Source: Promethearchaeia archaeon (GTDB taxonomy: Archaea > Asgardarchaeota > Lokiarchaeia > Sigyniarchaeales > SOKP01). From it: a DNA stretch of 64,000 nt. Below the pieces are notes generated by a model, which was given only the letters and a program-made list of their open reading frames with translations, was not told where the DNA came from and made no database searches. The stretch lies in assembly GCA_029856155.1 (NCBI GenBank), contig JAHQWL010000055.1, positions 32,001 through 96,000 of the forward strand, in the 5' to 3' direction. Positions 1 through 9,902 of this stretch are shown here, piece after piece (position 1 is the first letter of the stretch; every line of letters begins with the position of its first letter). The position numbers and the translations under genes were made by a program.

Positions 1-521
1 ATAATAATTCGAGTCGATGTTGGAAATGATTGAGATTTTGAATCCCAATGCCCTATAAAAATTACTTTTGCATAAGATTTGGTACTTTTCAAGATTGTAT
101 AAATATTTTCTGTCTCATAATTATTTGCCTCATTTCTAAATAATTTAATTTTCGTTGAAACAGATATACCAAGCGCTTTAAATGAGATATAAATAGCAAA
201 AACAAATACAACAAGTGTTAAAAAAGGACTAATATAGGTTGAGAGAGCCAATAAAATCAATACGGAACCTGTAATTAAAAATATAAATCTTATTAAAATC
301 CAATTATAAAAAGAGGTTTTAAAAGTGTCTCTGTATATTGGAATATTGCCTACATTTTGAAATTCATCAACTACAATCTCTTTAGCTTTTTTCTCTCCCT
401 CTGAACCTATCAATCTAGGGAAAGCAAGTCTTTCTGTTATTCGATATACATTATCGACATTAAATTCCTTATCAGAGTTATTTTTATCTACTTTTTTGGT
501 TTCCAATTCTTCTGATTTCAT
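1..521 (-). CDS. M28-family membrane-associated peptidase, N-terminal part (runs off window start)
   Basis: Not in ORF track. Read manually from ATG at 521: MKSEELETKK...ERLAFPRLIGSEGEKKA...two hydrophobic helices...VIFIGHWDSKSQ. The PR-x-x-GS-x-GE and HxDS motifs are typical of M28/M20 peptidases. Confidence 0.7.
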   Translation of the reverse strand, partial: MKSEELETKKVDKNNSDKEFNVDNVYRITERLAFPRLIGSEGEKKAKEIVVDEFQNVGNIPIYRDTFKTSFYNWILIRFIFLITGSVLILLALSTYISPFLTLVVFVFAIYISFKALGISVSTKIKLFRNEANNYETENIYTILKSTKSYAKVIFIGHWDSKSQSFPTSTRII

Positions 522-535
522 TTTTGACTCTAAAA

Positions 536-1471
536 TCATATCTTTTTGTTATTTATAAAATATTTAAACCACTCGATTGGAAGGGTTTTTTTCACTTTTT
601 CTAAAAATTCTTTAATACCCAGCACACCTAAATCTGAAATAATTCCAGAAATATATTTTGCTGGTGTAATATCAAAATAGTAATTATGGACCTCTAAAAA
701 TTTATTTGTTATCTCCCTATTATAAACTTCTTTTATTGGTTTTTCTGATATCAAAATACTGTATCCATAATGGCTTTTTAAATTGTATTTATATAAATCA
801 CACACAGCATACACTTTTATATTTCTTGTATTAGCTAATACTGCCAGGGGAAATGTCCCAATTTTATTGACAATGGAACCATCTATTAAGATACTGTCAA
901 CACCTACTAAAACCGTGTCAATTTCATCAATAAAAGTACCAATAGCAGCATCTATAATTAAATGAGTTTTAAAATATGGAGATAAGGTTTCAGCAACTCT
1001 CTGCCCTTCGAGGAGAGGTCTTGATTCCAGTACATAAATTTCAATGTTAAATTGTTTGTTTTTCAATAATAGATTGATAATTGTTGAGCTATATGATATC
1101 AACATAACTTTCAGTGGAATTCTCTTGTTTTCTTTCAAAAATCTGTAAAAAAGCAACTCTAAAGATTCTTTCTTTTTCTGTTTATCAACAAGAAACTGCT
1201 TCAATCTTTCTTCTATTATTTCTTTATTTATTATCTCAAAATCATGTATAATATATCCAATTGTATTGATTAAAGGAGCCATACTTGGGCGCGCATCAAT
1301 TATTTGTTTCGATAAAACCATCATTTCTTCTTTAATGTCTTTTTTTGGGTCATGTGTTAGACTAAGTTGAAATTTAATTATTTCAAGAGCTTTATCAATT
1401 AATTCATTCGCTCCAGAGATATTGTCCTCTCTTAATTCTCTTAGTAAATTTTGAATATTTTGTATTTGCAA
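536..1471 (-). CDS. IF-2B family protein (eIF2B alpha/beta/delta-like or ribose-1,5-bisphosphate isomerase-like)
   Basis: Motifs SGA, ARPSMA, ESRPLLEG, VGVDSI, NKIGT, NYYFDITP. Confidence 0.85.
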   Translation of the reverse strand: MQIQNIQNLLRELREDNISGANELIDKALEIIKFQLSLTHDPKKDIKEEMMVLSKQIIDARPSMAPLINTIGYIIHDFEIINKEIIEERLKQFLVDKQKKKESLELLFYRFLKENKRIPLKVMLISYSSTIINLLLKNKQFNIEIYVLESRPLLEGQRVAETLSPYFKTHLIIDAAIGTFIDEIDTVLVGVDSILIDGSIVNKIGTFPLAVLANTRNIKVYAVCDLYKYNLKSHYGYSILISEKPIKEVYNREITNKFLEVHNYYFDITPAKYISGIISDLGVLGIKEFLEKVKKTLPIEWFKYFINNKKI

Positions 1472-1733
1472 TCTGATTTAATTGAATTATTTTTTGAATT
1501 ATTGCCAATTAATTAGGATTAATCAAGCATAATTTAAAAATACAGACAATTAGTAGAACCTTTTAAATATTCGACAGATTGCTAAAGTAATCCAAAAGGG
1601 AAAATATTTCGTCTTTATATAATTTAATCAAATTCTAGCTAAATTAGATTAACTATATACTTCTCATTTAAAAAATAATAATAAAAAAAAATAATTTAAG
1701 TTTTGATTAAGTATCTGTTTTTACTATTTAGCC

Positions 1734-4058
1734 TTAATGATGGTGCCAACAATGATGCCAATGATGAATCCAATGATGATGACAATGACAATCCCAATGA
1801 TGAGACCAATGTCTCGGATGTGCATTGAAAGAATACCAAGTTCCAAATGTATGCTCATATCCTGGTTGGTTAGCAGCCACCATTACAATAGTAGTTTCCG
1901 TCCGTCTACCCTTAGAAGTCGTAAAATATTTTTTACCTTCTTCAGTTTCATCATTGAGGTACATATGAGTTATATAATGGCATGACCAATATGGAGTACC
2001 ATCCTTCTTAAAATAGATTGTCGTTTGGATAAAACTTACTTCAAAATCATTATAGACTATCTCATCGTTTAAGTACCATCCATAACCTACTGGACTAACA
2101 GTCCAGTCACCCACAGATTCACAATCATCAGAGAATCCAATTTCAGGTATTGAGATATCATCAATATACCATCCTGAAGCAAGAGTATAACCATCAGTCC
2201 AATAAGTAAAAGACAAATCTATTGTGTGTCCTGCGAAAGGTGTGAGATCCATTACTTCTGTGTATATACCACCACTGTCTCCTGTAAAGCAGTTCCATGT
2301 TCCTGTATAATTATACATATATGGCTCTCTTTCAGTAGGAGTGTATGGATTGTCCTGTGCATAACCAAGATAATCTGTGGTATAAAGCCCTGGTAGTGTT
2401 GTCCACAATCCAGTACTATGGTCATATACCTCTACATAGCCATAATCCCAATCTAATTCGATTGAGAAGTAATTTTCGAAAGTAAGAGTCGCTCCTGTAG
2501 CAGGTACATCAAAAGTTTGAGTAAGTGTCCACCATGACCAAGCCAATCCATCAGAATGCCAATTATGTGTACCACTAGTTGGCGAGGCACCACATGTATC
2601 CTGACCATCGAATTCTATCTCAAGGAAGGTTGGCATCCTAGTAAATTCTACATAACTTGCAGTGTACGGTAACCCACGGCCAACTAAAATATATTCACCT
2701 TCATGGGGATATTTATCTACAAACCATTCAAAATAGCCGGTATCTTGATACCAACTGTCCCACATCTCCATTACAAGAGGTATACTTAGCTCAAGATCAT
2801 AGGTACCACTGTATGTATTTTCAGAAGGAATATCTAATTCAAAGTAACCATATCTTCCCCAATCTAATGTTGGATCATCCAGATAGTTTGCAATACACCA
2901 GTCTTGGAAGATTTGATCAAATGATCTTTTGATACCCATTGCTGCAAGTGCATTTTCCCATCCTGCAATTCCGTTTGCCTGATCTTCAACTAGATAGGTT
3001 AATAATTCTGCTTCACCATAATGTTCATACATATAGTACGTCCACAGAAAGGATGCGCCATAGTCAGCTAAGTACCCTTCCCATATCGTTAATGGAGTAT
3101 CCCAGAACCAGAGTAAATACTCCGATATATGTCCTGGTGAGAATCCATATCCACAAAGCCATTCAGCTAAAGTTGCACAGCCTTCATCAACCCAGGAAAG
3201 TTCATCAGGGTCTCTGTCATAGTGGATAAGATGCTGGAATTCATGGGCAAAAGTTCCTTCATATTGCCAAGCTAATACACTGAGATATGAGTAATCAAAT
3301 CCATTATAGGGATCCTCCATTGGTGGATTTTCACCTTGCCTTCTCCACCATTGGTAAGTATCCATGTGGAATGCGTTAGAATAGAAATAATCAGCGATGT
3401 CAGACCAGAAATATCCCATGATAAACCCCTGAGCGTCTTCAGGGTGATAGAAAAATTCATCTTTAACGTTGAATACCATTATTTGAACTGTCCCATCCCC
3501 ATATGGACCAGGACGTACTGCAGGATCATTATTATACATACCGAAGTATTCTATATCAGTTGGATGAATGTTATTATCGAACTCATCTAGGATTTCTAAG
3601 AGATCCGCTCCTGTAATATAATCAACATAACCCGGTGGTAAATAATAGCCACCCGGATAACTTGAATCAGGGTAACCAGTAGAAGACCATGGATAACTAA
3701 AAAACCATACATCATCAGGACTATAACCAGGCTCACCATTATCAACATACGAATCATATACTGGATCCAATGCAACCCAAATATTCCCATAGGTACCATT
3801 AAAGATATTTTCAAAATAGAGCCATTGTTGTGTGCCATAATAATCGTTAATGGTGGGATAAAGCCATGGACTATTTGGTGGTTTAAAGGTTGCATCCTCA
3901 AGTGATAAAGTATCAGCAGATTTGCAATCATAAAGTGGTTCAATATCAAAGGATGATGTTTCACTCTGAATATTACCTGTTACATTTAACATTGATGAAA
4001 AGCTAGCAATACTTAAAAAGGTGAAGACTATTAAAATTGTAACTAATTTTTTTCTCAT
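1734..4058 (-). CDS. Secreted zinc metallopeptidase (M6/M30 immune-inhibitor-A-like) with His/Trp/Cys-rich C-terminal tail
   Basis: Signal peptide MRKKLVTILIVFTFLSIA; HEFQH zincin motif followed by WVDEG; InhA-like C-terminal beta domain (IELDWDYGYVEV...YWTDG...GWYIDDISI). Confidence 0.8.
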   Translation of the reverse strand: MRKKLVTILIVFTFLSIASFSSMLNVTGNIQSETSSFDIEPLYDCKSADTLSLEDATFKPPNSPWLYPTINDYYGTQQWLYFENIFNGTYGNIWVALDPVYDSYVDNGEPGYSPDDVWFFSYPWSSTGYPDSSYPGGYYLPPGYVDYITGADLLEILDEFDNNIHPTDIEYFGMYNNDPAVRPGPYGDGTVQIMVFNVKDEFFYHPEDAQGFIMGYFWSDIADYFYSNAFHMDTYQWWRRQGENPPMEDPYNGFDYSYLSVLAWQYEGTFAHEFQHLIHYDRDPDELSWVDEGCATLAEWLCGYGFSPGHISEYLLWFWDTPLTIWEGYLADYGASFLWTYYMYEHYGEAELLTYLVEDQANGIAGWENALAAMGIKRSFDQIFQDWCIANYLDDPTLDWGRYGYFELDIPSENTYSGTYDLELSIPLVMEMWDSWYQDTGYFEWFVDKYPHEGEYILVGRGLPYTASYVEFTRMPTFLEIEFDGQDTCGASPTSGTHNWHSDGLAWSWWTLTQTFDVPATGATLTFENYFSIELDWDYGYVEVYDHSTGLWTTLPGLYTTDYLGYAQDNPYTPTEREPYMYNYTGTWNCFTGDSGGIYTEVMDLTPFAGHTIDLSFTYWTDGYTLASGWYIDDISIPEIGFSDDCESVGDWTVSPVGYGWYLNDEIVYNDFEVSFIQTTIYFKKDGTPYWSCHYITHMYLNDETEEGKKYFTTSKGRRTETTIVMVAANQPGYEHTFGTWYSFNAHPRHWSHHWDCHCHHHWIHHWHHCWHHH
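1737..1820 (-). repeat. Low-complexity (HHW)n-like coding repeat
   Basis: Encodes HPRHWSHHWDCHCHHHWIHHWHHCWHHH; + strand shows repeated caatgatg units. Confidence 0.85.
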
Positions 4059-4310
4059 TTTTATATCATCTTTTTTTTTTTAAATTTGTGAAAAATTTCT
4101 TTTCCATTTATGCTGTTCAATATTCAAATTGTTGTCTCATTTGAACATAGGTTGAACAAAGCCAAAAAGTCACAAAATTTCTGTAAGTGGTTTGCACCCT
4201 ACGAAATTCTAGACATTTTTAGTGATCTTTATTATGCCGTGTTACATATAAATTTTTTTTTTTCATTTGACAAAATTGAAAAATGTATAAGAGATAATAG
4301 ATACTAGTGA

Positions 4311-4432
4311 ATTTTACATTAATGTAAAATAAAAAAAAGATAAATTCACAAATATATATCTAAAATTGAAGAATCTATATTATTATATAGACAAATCTGT
4401 AGATAAATTTAATAAGTTTACATTATTGTAAA
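4311..4432. promoter_or_regulatory. Pair of palindromic operator-like sites TTTACA-N4-TGTAAA
   Basis: Perfect 20-bp palindrome attttacattaatgtaaaat at 4311-4330 and a second copy tttacattattgtaaa at 4417-4432, in the divergent intergenic region. Confidence 0.5.
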
Positions 4433-4659
4433 TATATCTTTAAATAAATAGAAGAACTATAGTGGATCAGATCCTCATGAAGAACTAAAAGTATCATTAC
4501 TTATTTCAAAATTATTAATTTCTTACTAAAATTTATAGGCTTATTAAAATAACTAAAGACGCTTAATTTTTCTTGCAAATATATCATCTAATAGAAAAAA
4601 TGCATTTGTAAAAATATTAAATCTTAAAAATTTAATGCTATAAATAATTATAGGAAGTA

Positions 4660-6093
4660 ATGACAGAGGAAGATTCTACCTACTTAAATGTCAAGGATGT
4701 ATCGTTCATTAATGATATTAATTCTATTGCTGTTATTGGGCCTTCTAAAAAGCGAGAATACTTTTTTTTAAGAAATCATGCGGAATATTTTAAAGGACCG
4801 ACTTATGCTGTTCATCCTACTGCCGAAGAAATTCCTAATTTTGATAAGAAAAATATTTTTCCATCATTAGAAGATATTCCAGGAGAAGTTGATTTTGCTT
4901 TCATTGCAGTTCCTCCATCCCAGATTTTAAAGACAATAGACGCATGTGTTAAAAAAAAAGTAAAATTAGTTACTGTTTTTACTTCTGAATTTTCTGATTC
5001 TGGTACAGAAGAGGGGATTGCTTTAGAAAAGGAATTGTTAAAACGAGCACAAAATAAACTAAGAATATTAGGACCAAATGGATTGGGAATATATTATCCT
5101 AAGTTAGGTATAGCATGGCGTCCAGGATTTCCAACAAAACCAGGAAATATAGGCTTTATAGCACAATCAGGCGGGATCTGTAATATTGCAATATATGGAG
5201 CAGAAGCATTAGGTATTAACTTTTCGAAAGTATTTTCATTTGGAAATGGAGCAGATATAGATTTTGTTGATTTACTTTACTTTTTAAGTAATGATCCAGA
5301 AACAGACATTATTTTATGTTATCTCGAGGGTATTAAAGAAGGAAGAATTGATGATTTGAAGAAAGTTCTTGAACAAAATAAAAAACCAATTGTATTATTA
5401 AAAGGTGGGCAATCTGAAACGGGCTCTATTGCAGCCAAAACTCATACAGCTTCAATTTCCGGAGATAACCGACTTTGGAAGGCTCTTTTTAGGCAATTTA
5501 ATATTATTGATGTTGAATCTTTGGAACAATTACTCTATGCTGCTCGTTTAATTGACTTTTATGGAATTTTTGAGCTGAAAAATTTAGCAGTTTTTAGTAT
5601 AAGTGGAGGCTATGGTGTGATTTTAGTAGATCTACTTGAGAAAGCAGGTTTTAAAATACCACCATTTAGCCCTGAAATCCAAGATAAACTCAAAACGAAA
5701 TTCTTTTTGCCAGGTACAAGTTCAAATAATCCTTTAGATTTAGCAGCTCAATTTTTCTTTGTAATTTCGGTATATGAAATTATTGATCTAGCAATCTCAG
5801 ATAAAAAGATAGATGGTTTAATTCTAGATATGCCTAGCTTTTATTTAACTCCTGTTCTTAAATCAAGAGATAATCAAGATTTTGAATCTAATATGATAGA
5901 AAGCCTAACCTTGGGCCACAAACATAAAAAACCATTAATTCCTATAATCCAACGTTTAAACAACCCGGAAGAAAGAGAAAAAATTTCAAAAAAGTTAATT
6001 GACAGAAAAGTTCCAGTTTTTGGAGATCCTTTAGAATTTATACCTTTACTGTCTAAGATTTCAAATTATAAAAGAAGAATGGAAAGTTCGTGA
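4660..6093 (+). CDS. Acyl-CoA synthetase (NDP-forming) alpha subunit / CoA-binding protein
   Basis: GPNGLG, AQSGG, SFGNGAD, LKGG...AAKTHT (phospho-His), SGGYG, NPLD; no ATP-grasp beta domain. Confidence 0.85.
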   Translation: MTEEDSTYLNVKDVSFINDINSIAVIGPSKKREYFFLRNHAEYFKGPTYAVHPTAEEIPNFDKKNIFPSLEDIPGEVDFAFIAVPPSQILKTIDACVKKKVKLVTVFTSEFSDSGTEEGIALEKELLKRAQNKLRILGPNGLGIYYPKLGIAWRPGFPTKPGNIGFIAQSGGICNIAIYGAEALGINFSKVFSFGNGADIDFVDLLYFLSNDPETDIILCYLEGIKEGRIDDLKKVLEQNKKPIVLLKGGQSETGSIAAKTHTASISGDNRLWKALFRQFNIIDVESLEQLLYAARLIDFYGIFELKNLAVFSISGGYGVILVDLLEKAGFKIPPFSPEIQDKLKTKFFLPGTSSNNPLDLAAQFFFVISVYEIIDLAISDKKIDGLILDMPSFYLTPVLKSRDNQDFESNMIESLTLGHKHKKPLIPIIQRLNNPEEREKISKKLIDRKVPVFGDPLEFIPLLSKISNYKRRMESS

Positions 6094-6594
6094 TTATGTT
6101 TCTAAATTATCCGCTGTTTTTACATAATCTGGTATAAACTTAGTTTTTAGTAGATTGGAATTACCGATTGAGATTAAATTATTATTCATATCACGAATTT
6201 CTGCATTCGCATGGATAATATTTCTACCTTCCCTTATAATTTTTCCAATTACTCTTACTTTTTCCCCAACTTCAACTTTTCCTAAATAGTCTACATGGAA
6301 ATCTATGCTAATTGGAAAACCTTTATAACCCAATGTGGCTGTTGTAATCCCTATCACATCATCCATAAAGGCGCATTGTATTCCACCATGTAGTAAGTTT
6401 GTGGGATTAGCCATTTCAGGTCTAACTTCAAATTCTAATTCCATTAAGCCAAACTCGGCTTTTATTATTTTCCCATTAGCCCATTTTGAAAAAGGAGGAA
6501 CAGGTAAGCCTTTTAATTCTTGATTTTTGAAAGAATTAAATAAGTGTATCATCTTTTCTGAGCGTTTTTTTCTTTCTTTTTGAACATCAGCCAT
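6094..6594 (-). CDS. PaaI-family hotdog thioesterase
   Basis: NPTNLLHGG...MDD motif; hotdog-fold length. Confidence 0.85.
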   Translation of the reverse strand: MADVQKERKKRSEKMIHLFNSFKNQELKGLPVPPFSKWANGKIIKAEFGLMELEFEVRPEMANPTNLLHGGIQCAFMDDVIGITTATLGYKGFPISIDFHVDYLGKVEVGEKVRVIGKIIREGRNIIHANAEIRDMNNNLISIGNSNLLKTKFIPDYVKTADNLET

Positions 6595-6658
6595 ATTTTC
6601 TAAAATATCCCTTTTATATTATTTCAGTTTTCTTGACCTACAACCAACAAATAAATAT

Positions 6659-9022
6659 CTACTTTAAAGCTATTTTACTTACTTGAGAGATTATATCAGC
6701 AAACTTTTTTCCTTCTGCTGCAGAGATCCATTCAATGACAAATCTTTCATCAGAAATATTATTTTTCTTCATCCAGCTTCTAATTCTTTTTTCTCGCTTT
6801 ATGGCAAAATCATTTCCAGAAATATAATGACAATCTTGTGGATGACATCCAGTCAACATAACAGCTCCAGCTCCATGGTTAAAACAGTGCTTAATGAAGG
6901 AAACTTTTACGCGTCCTGAACACATAGTTCTAACAATCCTCGTATTAGTTGGATATTGAATACGACTTGTCCCAGCTAAATCAGCTCCCGCATATGAGCA
7001 CCAATTACAAGCGAAGACCAATACTTTTTTTGAAGCATTTTCACGAAGAGCTATATCAATTTGTCTAAGGATCATAGCATCTGTAAAATTTGTCATAGTT
7101 ATAGCATCTGTAGGGCAATCTGCAGCACATGTACCACAACCTTTACATAATACTGGAATGATTCGGGCTGGTGTTTTTTTTTCTCGATCAACACTAATAG
7201 CTCCGTAAGGACAACGAGATACACAAGTTCCACAACTAGTACATTTTTCTGTATCTACAAATGCATATAAAGGTTCTACATGGAATTGATCTTCTGAAAG
7301 CAGATTTCCACAGCGTCCTGCTGCAGCACTAGCTTGTGTAACTGTTTCCCTAATATCTTTTGGCGATTCTGCTCCCCCAGCAATGAAAATACCATCAGTC
7401 GGAGTATCCACTGGACGAAGTTTAGGATGTGCTTCAATATAAAATCCTTTTGAATCTTTGGCAACAGGAAAAGGAATAGATTCGGATGAGCCTTCCACTC
7501 CAATAGAAAGGACTACTAAGTCAAATTCTTCAGAGAGGATTGTTCCAGTGCTTATATCTTCAACATTCACTTTAAGATTTTTAGTTATAGGATTTTCCTT
7601 AATTTGACCAGGGCGTCCACGTATAAAAAGAACACCTTCTTCTCTTGAACGTGAATATAATTCTTCAAATCCTTTACCAAAAGCCCTAATATCAATAAAA
7701 AATATAGTAACCTCAACGTCAGGCCAATGCTCTTTTATCAAAAGGCTATCCTTTATACTTTCCATACAACAGAAGTTAGAACAGTATGGATTGAATCGCT
7801 TATCACGCGATCCTACACAATTGATAAAAGCAACTTTTTTTGGTTTCTTTAGATCACTGGGACGTACAAGTTCTCCGTTTGTAGGTCCTGCAGCATTAAT
7901 TAACCTTTCAAATTCAAAGGTTGTTATAACGTTAGAATAATTATTCCATCCATATTCTGGGAGTTTAGAGGCATCAAAAAGTTCAAAGCCTACTGCGATA
8001 ATAATAGCTCCAACTTTAAAATTAAAGGTTTTTTCGGAGTCCTCATAAATTATAGCTTCTTTTTCGCATTCAGGAACACATTTTCCACAAGCTAAAGGAG
8101 AAAGTCCTAAACAGCTCTTTTCATCGATTATGTAACAAGCTGGTACTGCTTGAGGATAAGGGATATATATTGCTTTCCTCCAACCTAAGTTGCCAGAGTA
8201 CTCATCAATAACGTTTTCAGGGCAGATTGAAACGCAATCCCCACATGCAGTACAAAGGTTTTCATCTACATAGCGGGGGTGTTTTTTAATTGTTATCTCA
8301 AAATTACCAATATATCCAGATATATTTGTAACTTTAGCACAGGAAATTAAATTAATATTTTCATGATTACCTACATCAGCCATTTTGGGACCTAAAATAC
8401 AGATTGAACAATCCATAGTTGGAAAAGTCTTATCGATGAGAGCCATCTTTCCTCCAATAGTAGGTGATTTTTCAACAAGAATAACTTCAAATTCATCAGC
8501 TAAATCTAATGCAGCCTGAATTCCTGCTACTCCTCCTCCAATAATTAAAACTCTTCGTGTAATGGGGACAATGATATCATCAATTGCTTCTAATAACTCA
8601 GCTTTAGCGATTGCCATTTCAAGGATTTCTTTAGCTTTTTTAGTCGCTTCTTCTTTCTCTGAAAGATGTACCCAACTACATTGTTCCCGGATATTAGCAA
8701 CTTCTACTAAGGAAGGATTTATTCCAACTCTTCTTAAAAGCTTTTTCCATGTTGGACCATGCAATCTCGGGGAACATGCGGCAATAACTACTTTTTCTAT
8801 TCCTTGCTCTTTAATTGCTGTTTCGATTTCTACTTGCCCGGGATCACTGCAAGTATAGGTATTAACTTGAACTAGTTTAACTCTTGCATCTTCTTCAATA
8901 TCTTTAGCTAATTGATCAATATCAACGGTTCCACCTATATTTTTTCCGCATTTACATAGAAATACCCCGATATTAGATTCGATATCAGGATTATTATCAC
9001 TTTCAGTCATATATTCAGTCAC
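6659..9022 (-). CDS. hdrA: Heterodisulfide reductase subunit A fused to a C-terminal MvhD domain
   Basis: CKCG, CSP, NIREQCSWVH, GGGVAG (FAD), KTFPTMDCSICIL, inserted ferredoxin, CVGSRD...YCSNFCC, C-terminal ferredoxin, then MvhD motifs CNWCSYAGAD, CSGR, GCHPQDCHY. Confidence 0.93.
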   Translation of the reverse strand: MTEYMTESDNNPDIESNIGVFLCKCGKNIGGTVDIDQLAKDIEEDARVKLVQVNTYTCSDPGQVEIETAIKEQGIEKVVIAACSPRLHGPTWKKLLRRVGINPSLVEVANIREQCSWVHLSEKEEATKKAKEILEMAIAKAELLEAIDDIIVPITRRVLIIGGGVAGIQAALDLADEFEVILVEKSPTIGGKMALIDKTFPTMDCSICILGPKMADVGNHENINLISCAKVTNISGYIGNFEITIKKHPRYVDENLCTACGDCVSICPENVIDEYSGNLGWRKAIYIPYPQAVPACYIIDEKSCLGLSPLACGKCVPECEKEAIIYEDSEKTFNFKVGAIIIAVGFELFDASKLPEYGWNNYSNVITTFEFERLINAAGPTNGELVRPSDLKKPKKVAFINCVGSRDKRFNPYCSNFCCMESIKDSLLIKEHWPDVEVTIFFIDIRAFGKGFEELYSRSREEGVLFIRGRPGQIKENPITKNLKVNVEDISTGTILSEEFDLVVLSIGVEGSSESIPFPVAKDSKGFYIEAHPKLRPVDTPTDGIFIAGGAESPKDIRETVTQASAAAGRCGNLLSEDQFHVEPLYAFVDTEKCTSCGTCVSRCPYGAISVDREKKTPARIIPVLCKGCGTCAADCPTDAITMTNFTDAMILRQIDIALRENASKKVLVFACNWCSYAGADLAGTSRIQYPTNTRIVRTMCSGRVKVSFIKHCFNHGAGAVMLTGCHPQDCHYISGNDFAIKREKRIRSWMKKNNISDERFVIEWISAAEGKKFADIISQVSKIALK

Positions 9023-9899
9023 TATCTTTAATTTTTCTTACAATTTTCTTATTTTGTGCAGTAGTCCGAACTTGCTCTATTTTTTTGCTAAATCCTTCTC
9101 GCTCCTCTTCTACAAATTCTCCGCATATAATTATCCCTTTCTTGAAATCAAAAGTTGCTTGATGAGGGGGCCAATCAAGCTTAATTCTAATTTGCTTTTT
9201 TAACCATTCTAACATCTCTACAGCATCACCTAATTTATTTTTGGACCCATATTGGATAAAACAAGGAGCAAGTACTTCTATAAAACTGAATCCTTGATTG
9301 TCTATGCATTTAAAAATACTTTTTTGTAATCTAAGTGTGTCATATGCAGGCCATCTAGCGACATATGTTGCTCCTGACGCAGCAGCTAGACTTACCAAAT
9401 TGAAGGGAGGTTCTACATTTCCATATGGGGTTGTTGAAGTAATGTCGCCAATCTGACTTGTAGGGGCTACTTGACCTCCAGTCATGCCATATATGTTGTT
9501 ATTAATACAGAGAACCGTTAGTTCTATATTTCTTCTTGCAGCGTGGATAAAATGATTTCCACCAATAGCAAAAAGATCTCCATCTCCCGATAGAACTATA
9601 ACTTTTAATTTAGGATTTGCTAATTTTATACCAGTTGCAAAGGGTATAGCTCTCCCATGTGTAGTATGGAAGGCAGGTGCTTTAAAGCAGCCACTAGATC
9701 GACCAGTACATCCTATGCCAGATACAATGGCATAATCTTTAGATGTGAGTCCTCTTTCTATTAAGCAGCGTGTAATTGATGTAATTACAGTTCCAATTAA
9801 ACAACCTGGGCAAAAAATAAATCGGTGTAAATTTAACATTTCTATTAAGGGATGACCAAGCGCTTCAGGAGGGATTGAGATTTGATCTGATGGACTCAT
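9015..9899 (-). CDS. korB: 2-oxoacid:ferredoxin oxidoreductase beta subunit
   Basis: FCPGC, SGIGC, TTHGRA, GDGD...IGGNH, NNNIYGMTGGQ; substrate not determinable. Confidence 0.9.
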   Translation of the reverse strand: MSPSDQISIPPEALGHPLIEMLNLHRFIFCPGCLIGTVITSITRCLIERGLTSKDYAIVSGIGCTGRSSGCFKAPAFHTTHGRAIPFATGIKLANPKLKVIVLSGDGDLFAIGGNHFIHAARRNIELTVLCINNNIYGMTGGQVAPTSQIGDITSTTPYGNVEPPFNLVSLAAASGATYVARWPAYDTLRLQKSIFKCIDNQGFSFIEVLAPCFIQYGSKNKLGDAVEMLEWLKKQIRIKLDWPPHQATFDFKKGIIICGEFVEEEREGFSKKIEQVRTTAQNKKIVRKIKDSD

Positions 9900-9902
9900 A
9901 TA

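Noticed and set aside
1737-1985. Met-rich 82-aa + strand ORF (MMVPTMMPMM...)
   Set aside because: Antisense shadow of His codons (CAT reads ATG on the other strand) in the peptidase tail.
4110-4307. 65-aa ORF in the intergenic region
   Set aside because: No motif, low-complexity AT-rich sequence, and it overlaps the likely promoter of the peptidase.
6659-9022. Selenocysteine recoding in HdrA/MvhD, which is known for some Asgard and methanogen homologs
   Set aside because: The ORF is uninterrupted and all relevant positions are Cys (DCSICIL, CNWC, GCHP); no in-frame TGA.
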